A stretch of 64,000 nt of DNA from an uncultured Clostridia bacterium (lineage in GTDB: Bacteria; Bacillota; Clostridia; Christensenellales; UBA1242). Position 1 is the first letter of the stretch. Each line of letters begins with the position of its first letter. The stretch is from NCBI GenBank assembly GCA_944372585.1, contig CALVZQ010000002.1, forward strand, positions 31,425 through 95,424, in the 5' to 3' direction. Position numbers and translations under genes: made by a program. This document shows, piece after piece, positions 55,596 to 64,000 of this stretch. Below the pieces are notes generated by a model. That model saw nothing but the letters and a program-made list of their open reading frames with translations. It made no database searches and was not told the origin of the DNA.

Positions 55596-56414
55596 TCAAT
55601 ATTCTGCCCATTTTGGTTTTTTTACAAATTCTTTGAAATTTAACCCTTTCACGTCTATGAAATCAAATTTTAACCTAAAACATGCCAATTTTTGTCTGTT
55701 TTGCTTAAATTTTTTGTTAATCTCATTTTTCCCATATTTTCCATCACCCACAATTGCGTGACCTAAAAAAGCCAAATGTGCACGAATTTGATGAGTTTTT
55801 CCTGTGATAAGTTCCACCTCAACCAAACTACTTTCTGCTCCAGATTTAATTGTGTTCACCTTAGTTTCAACCGGAACTGAATTCTTGACCTTTTGATCAT
55901 AAATCTTCACACTGGAATTTTCACTATCTTTAACCAAAAAATCTTTAAAAATCTGTTTCTCAACATCAAATTTTCCAACAACTTCTGCAATATAAAATTT
56001 GTGAATCTGGTGATTTTTGAATGCCTCAACAAGTTTTTTCTCCGCTATTTGATTTTTTGCAAAAACCATAAGCCCTTCCGTGTTTCTGTCCAATCTGTGA
56101 ACCGCAATAGCGTTTTTCAGCACACTTTCCAGCCCCTTTTGTCCTTCAACCTCTATGCCTGCAGACTTATAGATGACGTAAACATCTTCATCTTCAAATA
56201 AAATCTCATATTTTTTCTCCAACATATCGGCAGAATAATAAAATGTCACAATTTCACCCATATGAACCGCGACATTATCTCTGGTTGCTTTGCCATTGAT
56301 TTTCACATCTTTGTTTCTCAACATTTTGTTGACGTCAGCAAAAGAAAAACCATAGTCTTGCAAGAGATTGACCAATTTTTTATCTTTTTCGACTATTATA
56401 TCTTTTTTAAGCAT
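55596..56414 (-). CDS. RluA-family pseudouridine synthase with N-terminal S4-like domain
   Basis: HRLDRNTEGLMVFAKN catalytic-Asp motif and GKTHQIRAHLAFLGHAIVGDGKYG motif. Confidence 0.88.
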   Translation of the reverse strand: MLKKDIIVEKDKKLVNLLQDYGFSFADVNKMLRNKDVKINGKATRDNVAVHMGEIVTFYYSADMLEKKYEILFEDEDVYVIYKSAGIEVEGQKGLESVLKNAIAVHRLDRNTEGLMVFAKNQIAEKKLVEAFKNHQIHKFYIAEVVGKFDVEKQIFKDFLVKDSENSSVKIYDQKVKNSVPVETKVNTIKSGAESSLVEVELITGKTHQIRAHLAFLGHAIVGDGKYGKNEINKKFKQNRQKLACFRLKFDFIDVKGLNFKEFVKKPKWAEY

Positions 56415-56464
56415 ATCTTATTATACAAAAAACATCACAGCAAGACAAACAAAAAGGAGATTGT

Positions 56465-56713
56465 ATGGAAAATATTTGCATAGAGGACAGAAAAAAGATA
56501 ACAATAAATGGCGCAACAAAAGTTTTGTCATCAACCAGCACTCAAGCTGTTGTTGAAGTTGGAGATTGCAATATTGTCATCTCTGGAACAAATATAGAAG
56601 TCACAAAGCTTGACTTAGACAACAAAGAAGTGATATTTTCTGGAAACATAAACTCAATTAAATACACGACCAAACAAGAAAAAACAAATTTGATTAAAAG
56701 GTTGTTCAAATAA
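56465..56713 (+). CDS. yabP: sporulation protein YabP
   Basis: 82-aa protein with the YabP-like pattern ITINGATKVLSSTSTQAVVEV...ISGTNIEVTKLDLDNKEV. AAGGAGA RBS. Followed by yabQ with a 1-nt overlap. Confidence 0.8.
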   Translation: MENICIEDRKKITINGATKVLSSTSTQAVVEVGDCNIVISGTNIEVTKLDLDNKEVIFSGNINSIKYTTKQEKTNLIKRLFK

Positions 56714-57072
56714 TGTTATACGAATCTTTGTCACAACCAATAATATTTTTATTTCTTTGTTTAAGTGGGTTTTTCAGCGGATTTTTGTTTGATTTAAAAA
56801 ATATTTTATCCATTTATTTTAAGCAAAATAAAATAGTTTCACAAATTTTATTATTTTTTGCAGTTTTTTTGACATTTTTTATGTATTTTTTCACAAATTT
56901 AAAAATTAATTATGGAGAATTTAGATTTTTTTCAATAATCGCTTTTGCAATTTCTTTGCTTTTGCAAAGATTTATAGTCAAAAATTTTCTTGCCAAACCA
57001 TTGATAAAGTGTTACAATAAATTCAAGGAAAAACACAATGGAAGAAAAACAAAAATGGTGGAAAAAACTTAG
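56713..57072 (+). CDS. yabQ: spore cortex biosynthesis protein YabQ-like membrane protein
   Basis: Three hydrophobic helices, size and position directly after yabP (ATG overlaps the yabP stop, TAATG). Confidence 0.7.
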   Translation: MLYESLSQPIIFLFLCLSGFFSGFLFDLKNILSIYFKQNKIVSQILLFFAVFLTFFMYFFTNLKINYGEFRFFSIIAFAISLLLQRFIVKNFLAKPLIKCYNKFKEKHNGRKTKMVEKT

Positions 57073-57295
57073 CATATTTCAAATAACTTGCATCGTTTTG
57101 ATTGCAATCTTAATCATTGTTGTGATTGTTCAAATTGGCATAATGATTGATCTCAAAAACAAAACTGATGACACTAACGATAAAAATGACGATATCGTTT
57201 CTCAACTTCCTGAAGAAGAACAACCAGAAACTGAAGAAACAACTGTGCTATGCAATTATTCAAAAATTATTGAAAATCATAATAATTCAAAATGA
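57038..57295 (+). CDS. small bitopic membrane protein with acidic C-terminal tail (85 aa), at the position divIC occupies in Bacillus
   Basis: A single TM, IFQITCIVLIAILIIVVIVQIGIMI. AAGGA is 9 nt upstream. Overlaps the yabQ end by 35 nt. No clear coiled coil, so not called DivIC/FtsB. Confidence 0.5.
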   Translation: MEEKQKWWKKLSIFQITCIVLIAILIIVVIVQIGIMIDLKNKTDDTNDKNDDIVSQLPEEEQPETEETTVLCNYSKIIENHNNSK

Positions 57296-57300
57296 TCAAT

Positions 57301-57966
57301 CTAATAAAACAGATTGATTATTTTTATTATAAAATTTTCGTACAAAAATTGAGAAACGGTTCCACTTTGCACAAAATTCAACAATGTCTCATTTAACATA
57401 AAATTTGAAATTGCAACAAGAATGACATACACAACTCCAAACACAATCAACCCCTTTATTGCACCAACAAACCCTCCCAAAATTTTGTTCCCACTTTGAA
57501 AACCAAGCATTTTTATCGTTTTATTCAATAAAAATTTCAAAATTTTAAGCAAAAATGTCAAAATCAAAAATATAAACAAAAAAGATAAAGCTTTGATCAC
57601 CAATTCAGAAAGAGAGGGAGCAAGGATTTGTCCAGCGGTCAGACTTCCATCAAAAGAAACATTTCCAATCAAATTCATTAAAAACAATCCAAAAAGCGAT
57701 CCATAACTTGTTTGCATAAGAGCAGTCCTAAACTCTTCCATCGAAGAAAATTTCCCTGCCAGAATTTCATCAATCCCCGTTTTTAACATTCCGTAAATGC
57801 CATCGCCAAACCAACCTTGAACATAGGTTGAAAAAAATGCTGTAAGTTTCCATGCAATGACCAAAATTGCAAATGTCCCCAACAATGAAAAAACCATAGA
57901 GATAAATCCCTTGAAATATCCTTTTATGAAATAAAAACCGCAAAAAGCAAACAATATCCAGTCCAT
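57301..57966 (-). CDS. cvpA: CvpA-family membrane protein (221 aa)
   Basis: MDWILFAFCGFYFIKGYFKGFISMVFSLLG matches the CvpA N-terminal pattern (M-x-W-x-D/L...G-x-x-x-G-F). Start uncertain (ATG 57966 versus TTG 57984, neither with a clear SD). Confidence 0.65.
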   Translation of the reverse strand: MDWILFAFCGFYFIKGYFKGFISMVFSLLGTFAILVIAWKLTAFFSTYVQGWFGDGIYGMLKTGIDEILAGKFSSMEEFRTALMQTSYGSLFGLFLMNLIGNVSFDGSLTAGQILAPSLSELVIKALSFLFIFLILTFLLKILKFLLNKTIKMLGFQSGNKILGGFVGAIKGLIVFGVVYVILVAISNFMLNETLLNFVQSGTVSQFLYENFIIKIINLFY

Positions 57967-58001
57967 CAGGAAAATTTTTGTCAATTCATATCTTTTTCAA
58001 A

Positions 58002-58028
58002 CAAAAAAGACTTGCTTTTGCAAGTCTT
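58002..58028 (-). terminator. intrinsic terminator of pflA
   Basis: Stem AAGACTTGC (58007-58015) / GCAAGTCTT (58020-58028), 4-nt loop. On the minus strand it is followed by UUUUUUGUUU. The stem overlaps the pflA stop codon. Confidence 0.75.
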
Positions 58029-58734
58029 AATTCAAATATTTCTCCAAATCTTTACATTTCTTTTTGTCCATTGCTGGCACTTCAGAAAGCCTGTAAGGTA
58101 TGCCCAATTCTTTATATTTTTTTATTGCCATAGTATGATAAGGCAGAAGCTCAATTTTTTCAACATTTGAAAATTTCTTAGCAAATTCTTTCAATGCCAA
58201 AACACTCTCTTTTGTGTCATTATATCCTGGAACAATAACCTGTCTAAACCACATTTTTTTGTTTTTTTCTTGACAAACTTTCAGAAATTTTGAAAATTTG
58301 TCCATCTCTTTTCCAACCAATTTCCTGTATTTGTCAGGATTCAGTTCTTTGACATCAAGAATAACCAAATCACAATAATCCAAAAGTTCATCATAATCAT
58401 CGCCATAGCCAGAAGTATCCAAACAAGTGTGGATCCCCTCTTGTTTGCACAATCTGAAAACTTCAGTGACAAATTTCGCTTGCTGAAGAGGCTCTCCGCC
58501 AGAAACTGTCACTCCACCACCATCTTTGAAATAGACTCTGTATCTCTTGATTTTTTTTACAAGTTCTTCTGGTGTCATTTGAATTTTTGCTTCTTTTGTA
58601 TTCCACATTTCTGGATTATGGCAGTAAGCACACCTAAGTGGACACCCCTGCAAAAAAACCACAAATCTCACACCAGGGCCGTCAACTAGCCCCATGGTTT
58701 CAAAACTTGCAATATTTCCCACAATTTGAAACAT
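58027..58734 (-). CDS. pflA: pyruvate formate-lyase activating enzyme (radical SAM), 235 aa
   Basis: GPGVRFVVFLQGCPLRCAYCHNPE (CxxxCxxC). Start trimmed from 58848 to ATG 58734, which overlaps the pflB stop as TAATG. Confidence 0.9.
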   Translation of the reverse strand: MFQIVGNIASFETMGLVDGPGVRFVVFLQGCPLRCAYCHNPEMWNTKEAKIQMTPEELVKKIKRYRVYFKDGGGVTVSGGEPLQQAKFVTEVFRLCKQEGIHTCLDTSGYGDDYDELLDYCDLVILDVKELNPDKYRKLVGKEMDKFSKFLKVCQEKNKKMWFRQVIVPGYNDTKESVLALKEFAKKFSNVEKIELLPYHTMAIKKYKELGIPYRLSEVPAMDKKKCKDLEKYLN

Positions 58735-60971
58735 TATCTTGCCTCGTGGAATGTTCTTGAGATAACTTCTTGCTGATGTGCTTTTGACAATCTGTTGAAA
58801 TTCACAGCATATCCAGAAACTCTGATTGTCAAATTTGGATATTTCCAAGGATTGTTCATCGCATCAATCAAAAGTTCTCTGTTCAAAACATTCACATTCA
58901 AATGTTGTGCTTTTTGAACAAAATAACCGTCAAGAATGCTAACCAAGTTGTTGATTCTTGATTTTTCATCATGACCAAGAGCGTCTGGAACAATAGAGAA
59001 TGTGTTTGAGATTCCATCTTGACAACAATCACAATAAGGAATCTTTGCAACAGAATTCAAGGACGCCAAAGCACCTGAACAATCTCTTTCATGCATTGGA
59101 TTTGCTCCTGGTGCAAAAGGTTCTCCTGCCTTTCTTCCATCTGGAGTTGCCCCGGTCTTTTTGCCATACATAACATTTGATGTGATTGTCAAAAGCGAAA
59201 GCGTATGTTTTGCATTTCTGTACAATTTGTGTTTTTTCAAACAACCAAAGAAATATTCAACCACTTGAACTCCAAGTTCGTCAACTCTGTCATCATCATT
59301 CCCAAACTTTGGAAAGTCGCCTTCAACTTCAAAATCCACGATTAAACCGTCTTCATTTTTGACAGGTTTAACTTTTGCAAATTTGATTGCAGACAAAGAA
59401 TCAACAACAACAGAAAAACCAGCGGCACCAAATGCCATAAGTCTTTCCACCAAAGTGTCATGAAGTGCCATTTGTCCTCTTTCGTATGCATATTTGTCAT
59501 GCATATAGTGAATGATGTTCATTGCATCAACATATGTCTTTGCAACTTTATCCAATGTTTTTTGATAATTTTTGAAAACTTTGTCAAAAGTTAAAACTTT
59601 TTCTGTGTTTTTGGAAAGTCCTTCAACAACCAATGCTCCAGACTTCTCATCATACCCGCCATTGAGAGAATAGAGCAATGCCTTTGCCAAGTTGCATCTA
59701 GCGCCAAAAAATTGCATCTGCTTGCCAACTTTCATCGCTGAAACGCAGCAGGCAATTGCATAATCGTTGCCATAGATTTCTCTCATGACATCATCACCTT
59801 CATATTGAATTGCATCAGTCAAAATTGAAATCTTTGCACAGAATTTCTTGAAATTATTAGGCAATTTTTCTGACCAAAGAACAGTCAAATTAGGTTCTGG
59901 TGAAGGATTGAGATTTATCAATGTTTGCAAATATCTGAAAGAATTTTTTGTGACCAAACTCTTTTCATCATCGGCCATGCCACCAACACTTTCTGTGACC
60001 CATGTTGGATCTCCAGCAAAGATTTCATCATATTCTGGTGTTCTTAAATGTCTGACAAGACGAAGTTTGATGATGAATTGATCAATCAGTTCCTGTGCCT
60101 GTTGTTCTGTTAAAATCCCTTTCTTCATATCTCTTTCAATGAAAATATCAAGAAATGTAGACGTTCTTCCCAAACTCATTGCGGCACCATTGTTTTCTTT
60201 GACACTCGCAAGATAACCGAAATACAACCATTGAACAGCCTCTTGTGCTGTTGTCGCAGGTTTGCTAATGTCAAAGCCATAGCCCAATGCCATTTTCTTG
60301 ATTTCCTCAAGTGCCTTGATTTGTTCTGCAACTTCTTCTCTCAAACGAATGTTTTCTTCACTTGAAACATCAATTTTTTCCTTGTCTTTTTTCTTTTCTT
60401 CAATCAAAAAGTCGATTCCGTAGAGAGCAACACGACGATAATCTCCGATGATTCTTCCTCTTCCGTAAGCGTCTGGAAGTCCAGTGATCAAACCTGCTTT
60501 TCTCGCTTTTCTGATTTCTGGAGTGTACGCATCAAAAACCCCATCATTGTGAGTTTTTCTATATTCCCAGAAGTGTTTTTTGATTGTTGGATCAAGTTCT
60601 CTGTGATATGCAGCAAGCGCCTTTTCTGCCATTCTTGTGCCACCATAAAGATTGACAATTCTCTTCAAAGGTTTGTCTGTCTGAAGCCCAACAACAACCT
60701 CATTTCTTCTGTCAATATATCCTGGTTCGAATGTGTTAATTCCTGAAACAGCTTTTGTTTCCACATCAAGCAAACCGAGTTTTGCTTCTTTTGCAAGCAA
60801 TTTTTCGCATTTGTCCCAAACTTTTTTCGTTTTGCTGGAAATCCCACACAAAAAACTGTCGTCACCTCTATATTCCTTGTAGTTGTTCAAAATAAAATCC
60901 GAAACATCAATTGTTTCCTTCCATTTGTCACCCTTAAATCCTTTCCATGCTTCAAATTCCACTTTTTCCAT
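58734..60971 (-). CDS. pflB: formate C-acetyltransferase (pyruvate formate-lyase), 745 aa
   Basis: Glycyl-radical motif [11 protein letters not shown], active-site IACCVSAM, length typical of PflB. AAAGGAGAG RBS. Confidence 0.95.
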   Translation of the reverse strand: MEKVEFEAWKGFKGDKWKETIDVSDFILNNYKEYRGDDSFLCGISSKTKKVWDKCEKLLAKEAKLGLLDVETKAVSGINTFEPGYIDRRNEVVVGLQTDKPLKRIVNLYGGTRMAEKALAAYHRELDPTIKKHFWEYRKTHNDGVFDAYTPEIRKARKAGLITGLPDAYGRGRIIGDYRRVALYGIDFLIEEKKKDKEKIDVSSEENIRLREEVAEQIKALEEIKKMALGYGFDISKPATTAQEAVQWLYFGYLASVKENNGAAMSLGRTSTFLDIFIERDMKKGILTEQQAQELIDQFIIKLRLVRHLRTPEYDEIFAGDPTWVTESVGGMADDEKSLVTKNSFRYLQTLINLNPSPEPNLTVLWSEKLPNNFKKFCAKISILTDAIQYEGDDVMREIYGNDYAIACCVSAMKVGKQMQFFGARCNLAKALLYSLNGGYDEKSGALVVEGLSKNTEKVLTFDKVFKNYQKTLDKVAKTYVDAMNIIHYMHDKYAYERGQMALHDTLVERLMAFGAAGFSVVVDSLSAIKFAKVKPVKNEDGLIVDFEVEGDFPKFGNDDDRVDELGVQVVEYFFGCLKKHKLYRNAKHTLSLLTITSNVMYGKKTGATPDGRKAGEPFAPGANPMHERDCSGALASLNSVAKIPYCDCCQDGISNTFSIVPDALGHDEKSRINNLVSILDGYFVQKAQHLNVNVLNRELLIDAMNNPWKYPNLTIRVSGYAVNFNRLSKAHQQEVISRTFHEAR

Positions 60972-61018
60972 AACTTTTTCTCTCCTTTGTCTATATATTG
61001 TAAAGCTTCTTTCAAAAA

Positions 61019-61032
61019 CACAATATATTGTG
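61019..61032. promoter_or_regulatory. perfect 14-bp palindrome CACAATATATTGTG in the pflB 5-prime leader/promoter region
   Basis: Read directly from the sequence. The 9-mer ATATATTGT (plus strand) recurs at 60993-61001 and 61023-61031, and ATATTGT recurs at 61056-61062 (the -10). Confidence 0.4.
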
Positions 61033-61057
61033 CTTTCCTCTTTTATTGTTCCTAAAT

Positions 61058-61098
61058 ATTGTATTACATTAACTTCTTCCTTGTCAATTATTTTGACA
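61058..61098 (-). promoter_or_regulatory. candidate pflB promoter TTGACA-18 nt-TACAAT. The -35 is the proximal half of the palindrome TGTCAA-N5-TTGACA
   Basis: Revcomp of 61082-61087 is TTGACA and revcomp of 61058-61063 is TACAAT. The 17-bp inverted repeat TGTCAATTATTTTGACA spans 61082-61098. Confidence 0.55.
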
Positions 61099-61100
61099 TG

Positions 61101-61137
61101 ATAAATAAAAAGATTTCAAATTGCAAATTTTGAAACC
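61101..61137 (-). terminator. intrinsic terminator after the 61182-61760 gene
   Basis: On the minus strand, GGUUUCAAA / UUUGAAAUC stem (one G-U pair), 8-nt loop, followed by UUUUUAUUUAU. Confidence 0.6.
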
Positions 61138-61181
61138 TTTTTTGTCTGAGTTAATAATTATATGGTTATTTTGTTATAACA

Positions 61182-61760
61182 TTATTTTCTGTCTGTTGCA
61201 TTATCTACAACGACTTCATTCTTGTTGTCATCTGAAAAATCTTCAGTTGGAATTTGCTCTGCTTCATCTGAAATATCTTCAACTGGTTCGTCAATTGATA
61301 TGTTTTTGACGCTTTCCAAATTGTCGATATACTCAAATATGTTTGTCATATTGTGGTCTTGCAAGTCGATATAAATACAACGTCCTTGAAAAATTCCGTT
61401 CATGCCCCGCATAAGATTAAAACCTTGAAAATCCTTATCCACTTTAAACACCAATTCATCAAAAGGCAAATCGTTAATTTGAATTGGACAGTCAAATTTC
61501 AAAGAAACAAAATAACCATTTTTGACATCTTCTTGATACATGTCATTAGAAACCACACCAAATGCCGGCATGGTGCGAGAACCTTCAAAAAGGCTGACAA
61601 CTTGCTCTTGCAAGCCCTGCATTTCCGTTTCGGACAATTCAACAACTTTTCCATCAACCATAAGGTTGTAATTTGTTACATATGGCAACACGTCAATTGC
61701 CTCAAAAAAAGACATAATCATCATCGGCACTCCCATAAAAAAGAAAAGAATTCTCATCAT
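61182..61760 (-). CDS. hypothetical exported or membrane-associated protein with acidic C-terminal tail (192 aa)
   Basis: Hydrophobic N-terminus MMRILFFFMGVPMMIMSFF. GGAGG RBS. D/E-rich C-terminus. No family recognised. Confidence 0.6.
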   Translation of the reverse strand: MMRILFFFMGVPMMIMSFFEAIDVLPYVTNYNLMVDGKVVELSETEMQGLQEQVVSLFEGSRTMPAFGVVSNDMYQEDVKNGYFVSLKFDCPIQINDLPFDELVFKVDKDFQGFNLMRGMNGIFQGRCIYIDLQDHNMTNIFEYIDNLESVKNISIDEPVEDISDEAEQIPTEDFSDDNKNEVVVDNATDRK

Positions 61761-61820
61761 AAAACAACCTCCAATTTCGTTTGTATTATGCGAAAATCTT
61801 TTCTATTTATTCTTCAAAAA

Positions 61821-63620
61821 TCAAACTTCTTCAAACTGGCTGTTGTAAAGGTCAGCATAGAAACCACCTTTCTGCAACAATTCTTCATGGTTACCTTTTT
61901 CTATGATATCTCCATCTTTCAACACCAAAATCAAATCGGCATTTTTGATTGTTGACAATCTGTGAGCAATGATAAATGAAGTTCGCCCTTCCATTGCTTT
62001 ATCCATGGCTTGTTGAAGCAAAACTTCCGTTCTTGTGTCGACCGAACTTGTCGCTTCATCAAGAATAATCATTGGTTTGTTTGCAATCATGGTTCTTGCA
62101 ATTGTAAGAAGTTGCTTTTGACCTGCTGAAAGGTTGACAGAATCGTCAATAACCGTGTCATACCCCTTTGACAAAGTCTGAATGAAGTGGTCAACGCCAA
62201 CGTGTTTGCATGCTTCCACAACTTGTTCATCAGTGACATTTGGATTGTTATATCTCAAATTTTCCTTGATTGCGCCTTCAAACAACCAAGTGTCTTGAAG
62301 AACCATTCCAAACAAGTCATGAACATTTTCTCTTGTGATATCCTTGGTGGACACGCCATCAATTTTGATATCTCCAGAGTTGATTTCATAAAACCTCATC
62401 AGCAGATTGACTAGAGTTGTTTTCCCTGCACCTGTTGGTCCAACAATGGCTATCTTTTGACCAGCATAGACATTTGCAGAAAAATCTTTGATGATGATTT
62501 TGTTTGGATTGTAGCCAAATTTAACATGTTCAAACTGCACATCACCCTTGACATTTTCCAAAACCAATGTCTTGCCACTTTCATCTGAAAGCTCTTTTTC
62601 TTCCAAAAATTCAAACACTCTTCCACATGCAGCAGAAGCAGATTGCAAACTTGTCAAACTTTGAGCGATTTGAGAAAGTGGATTTGTGAATAATCTGACA
62701 TATATCATAAACTCAACGATTGTTCCATAATATTCTATTCCTCTGTTTGCTGCCAAAACTGCACCAACAACGCAAACAGCAACATATCCAAGATTTCCAA
62801 CAAAATTCATTATTGGCATCATAACCCCAGAAATGAATTGTGATTTCCAACCGGTGCTGAAAAGTTTTTTGTTGACTTTTGCAAATTCTTTTCCTGTGCT
62901 TTCTTTTGCGTTGAAAAGTTGAACAACATTATGTCCCGAATAAGTTTCTTCAATGTGAGCATTGAGATCTCCCAAATTCTTTTGATTTTGATTGAAATAT
63001 TTTTGAGATTTTGTCATGAAAATCAAAGAAACCCCAAAACCAAGAATTGTTGTTCCAACAACAGTAAATGCCATTATCCAGTCGATTACAAACATCACAA
63101 TCAAAACACCAACAAACATAATTGTGTTTGAAACCAATCCGCCAATGCTTTGATTCAAATTCTGTCCAATGGTGTCCACATCATTTGTGACTCGGCTAAG
63201 GATATCTCCATGAAGATGTGTGTCAAAATAGTTTAATGGCAATTTGTTTATTTTCTTAGAAATGTTTTGTCTGAGTCTTTTGACAGTATTCTGCGTCACT
63301 GTGGCTGTTATATATTGTTGAAAATATGACAAAATTGCACCTGCAACATAAATACAAACCAAAAATACCGCAATTTCTGTGACCGCCCCGACATCAATCC
63401 CAGTTGCAAAACTTCCAGTGATGATGTTTGCAATGTCTCCAATTTTGTCTGGACCGATGATTTGGAAAACGACTGCAATTGCTCCAAATATCATTGAAAG
63501 AATAATCCAACCCCAATATCTCTTGCAAAACTTAAAAAGTTTTCCCAATGACTTTAAAAAAGTTCCTTTTTCTGCTTTTTCGGCAGACTTGCCTCTATTC
63601 ATATTCATCATTCCTGGCAT
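61821..63620 (-). CDS. ABC exporter, fused permease/ATPase subunit (type I exporter, heterodimer partner B), 599 aa
   Basis: 6-TM N-terminal domain, Walker A GPTGAGKTT, signature LSAGQKQ, Walker B IILDEATS. Start trimmed to ATG 63620 (GAGGAGG upstream, 1 nt after the partner stop). Confidence 0.9.
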   Translation of the reverse strand: MPGMMNMNRGKSAEKAEKGTFLKSLGKLFKFCKRYWGWIILSMIFGAIAVVFQIIGPDKIGDIANIITGSFATGIDVGAVTEIAVFLVCIYVAGAILSYFQQYITATVTQNTVKRLRQNISKKINKLPLNYFDTHLHGDILSRVTNDVDTIGQNLNQSIGGLVSNTIMFVGVLIVMFVIDWIMAFTVVGTTILGFGVSLIFMTKSQKYFNQNQKNLGDLNAHIEETYSGHNVVQLFNAKESTGKEFAKVNKKLFSTGWKSQFISGVMMPIMNFVGNLGYVAVCVVGAVLAANRGIEYYGTIVEFMIYVRLFTNPLSQIAQSLTSLQSASAACGRVFEFLEEKELSDESGKTLVLENVKGDVQFEHVKFGYNPNKIIIKDFSANVYAGQKIAIVGPTGAGKTTLVNLLMRFYEINSGDIKIDGVSTKDITRENVHDLFGMVLQDTWLFEGAIKENLRYNNPNVTDEQVVEACKHVGVDHFIQTLSKGYDTVIDDSVNLSAGQKQLLTIARTMIANKPMIILDEATSSVDTRTEVLLQQAMDKAMEGRTSFIIAHRLSTIKNADLILVLKDGDIIEKGNHEELLQKGGFYADLYNSQFEEV

Positions 63621-63621
63621 A

Positions 63622-64000
63622 TTACAATTCCTCCTCTGACAATTGCGACAAAGCAATTTCCTTGTAGACAGCGCATTTTTTCAAAAGCTCTTCATGAGTT
63701 CCCATTCCGACCATGTTTCCACTGTCCAAAACTATGATTTTGTCCGCATCTTTGATTGTTCCGATTCTCTGTGCAACAATAAATTTTGTAACATTTCCAG
63801 TATGTTTCTTTAGTGCTTCCCTAAGCTTTTTGTCAGTTTTGTAATCCAACGCTGAAAAACTGTCATCAAAAATGAATATTTCAGGTTTTCTCGCTATTGC
63901 ACGAGCAATTGATAATCTTTGTTTCTGTCCACCAGACACATTGGTCCCACCTTGTGCAATTCGACTGTCAACACCATTTTCCATTCTGGAAACGAAGTTT
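63622..64000 (-). CDS. ABC exporter, fused permease/ATPase subunit (partner A), C-terminal part only (continues beyond window end)
   Basis: VSGGQKQRLSIARA signature and IFIFDDSFSALD Walker B. The reading frame stays open upstream of the track's first Met to nt 64000. Confidence 0.85.
   Translation of the reverse strand, partial: NFVSRMENGVDSRIAQGGTNVSGGQKQRLSIARAIARKPEIFIFDDSFSALDYKTDKKLREALKKHTGNVTKFIVAQRIGTIKDADKIIVLDSGNMVGMGTHEELLKKCAVYKEIALSQLSEEEL

Noticed and set aside
56411-56450. A sigma-E-like promoter upstream of yabP (CATATC...15 nt...CATCACAG).
   Set aside because: It matches the Bacillus sigma-E consensus (ATATT / CATACA-T) only partially. The call is plausible given yabP biology but too weak from sequence alone.
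61821-64000. The ABC exporter pair as a type I secretion system for the giant proteins.
   Set aside because: Both giants have N-terminal Sec or lipoprotein signal peptides and lack RTX-type C-terminal features. No membrane-fusion or outer-membrane component is present (Gram-positive-type context), and no C39 peptidase domain is seen. The transporters look like generic heterodimeric multidrug/lipid-type exporters and lie at least 7 kb away.
1-64000. A scan for tRNA, rRNA, CRISPR arrays, transposases, integrases, phage genes, toxin-antitoxin or restriction-modification or other defence modules.
   Set aside because: None was recognised. Intergenic regions are short or extremely AT-rich without GC-rich structured segments, no direct-repeat/spacer periodicity was seen, and the only methyltransferase (8421-9140) is the conserved YabB/TrmN6-type housekeeping enzyme in its usual holB-yaaT context.

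Overview
AT-rich (by eye roughly one-third GC) Firmicutes/Clostridia-type chromosomal segment. It holds about 45 protein genes, nearly all on the minus strand. Most are core housekeeping: rplI, rsmA, a TatD-family hydrolase, holB, yaaT/ricT, a Ca-type P-ATPase, uppP, trpS, gltX, dnaB, typA, pflB-pflA, an RluA-family synthase and a heterodimeric ABC exporter. Sporulation-associated genes are also present (SpoVB/MurJ-like flippase, spmA-spmB, yabP-yabQ, a DUF1540-like protein), so the host is probably a low-GC endospore-forming anaerobe. I saw no rRNA, tRNA, CRISPR array, transposase or integrase. The outstanding content is two giant minus-strand ORFs that together occupy 30,186 nt (47 percent of the window). 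One is a 6,306-aa secreted protein with a C-terminal TM helix and polybasic tail (14466-33386). The other is a 3,754-aa predicted lipoprotein (43503-54767). Both are mosaics of beta-rich surface modules: GLUG-like beta-helix repeats, MBG/YDG-like modules, Listeria-Bacteroides-type repeats, and Big_2-like and FN3-like modules. Both carry the same G-x-G-T-A-E-S-P-Y...F-x-G-x-F-D-G head module at the end farthest from their membrane anchor. Each has its own near-consensus sigma-A promoter. Each is preceded by the same 21-nt AT-rich motif and hairpin straddling the stop codon of the upstream housekeeping gene. I treat them as a candidate paired giant surface-fibre/adhesin system of unknown function; everything beyond motif-level recognition is inference. 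Several ORF-track starts (TTG/GTG extensions) were trimmed using RBS and signal-peptide evidence. One 57-codon ORF below the track cutoff and one truncated HU gene were added by hand.
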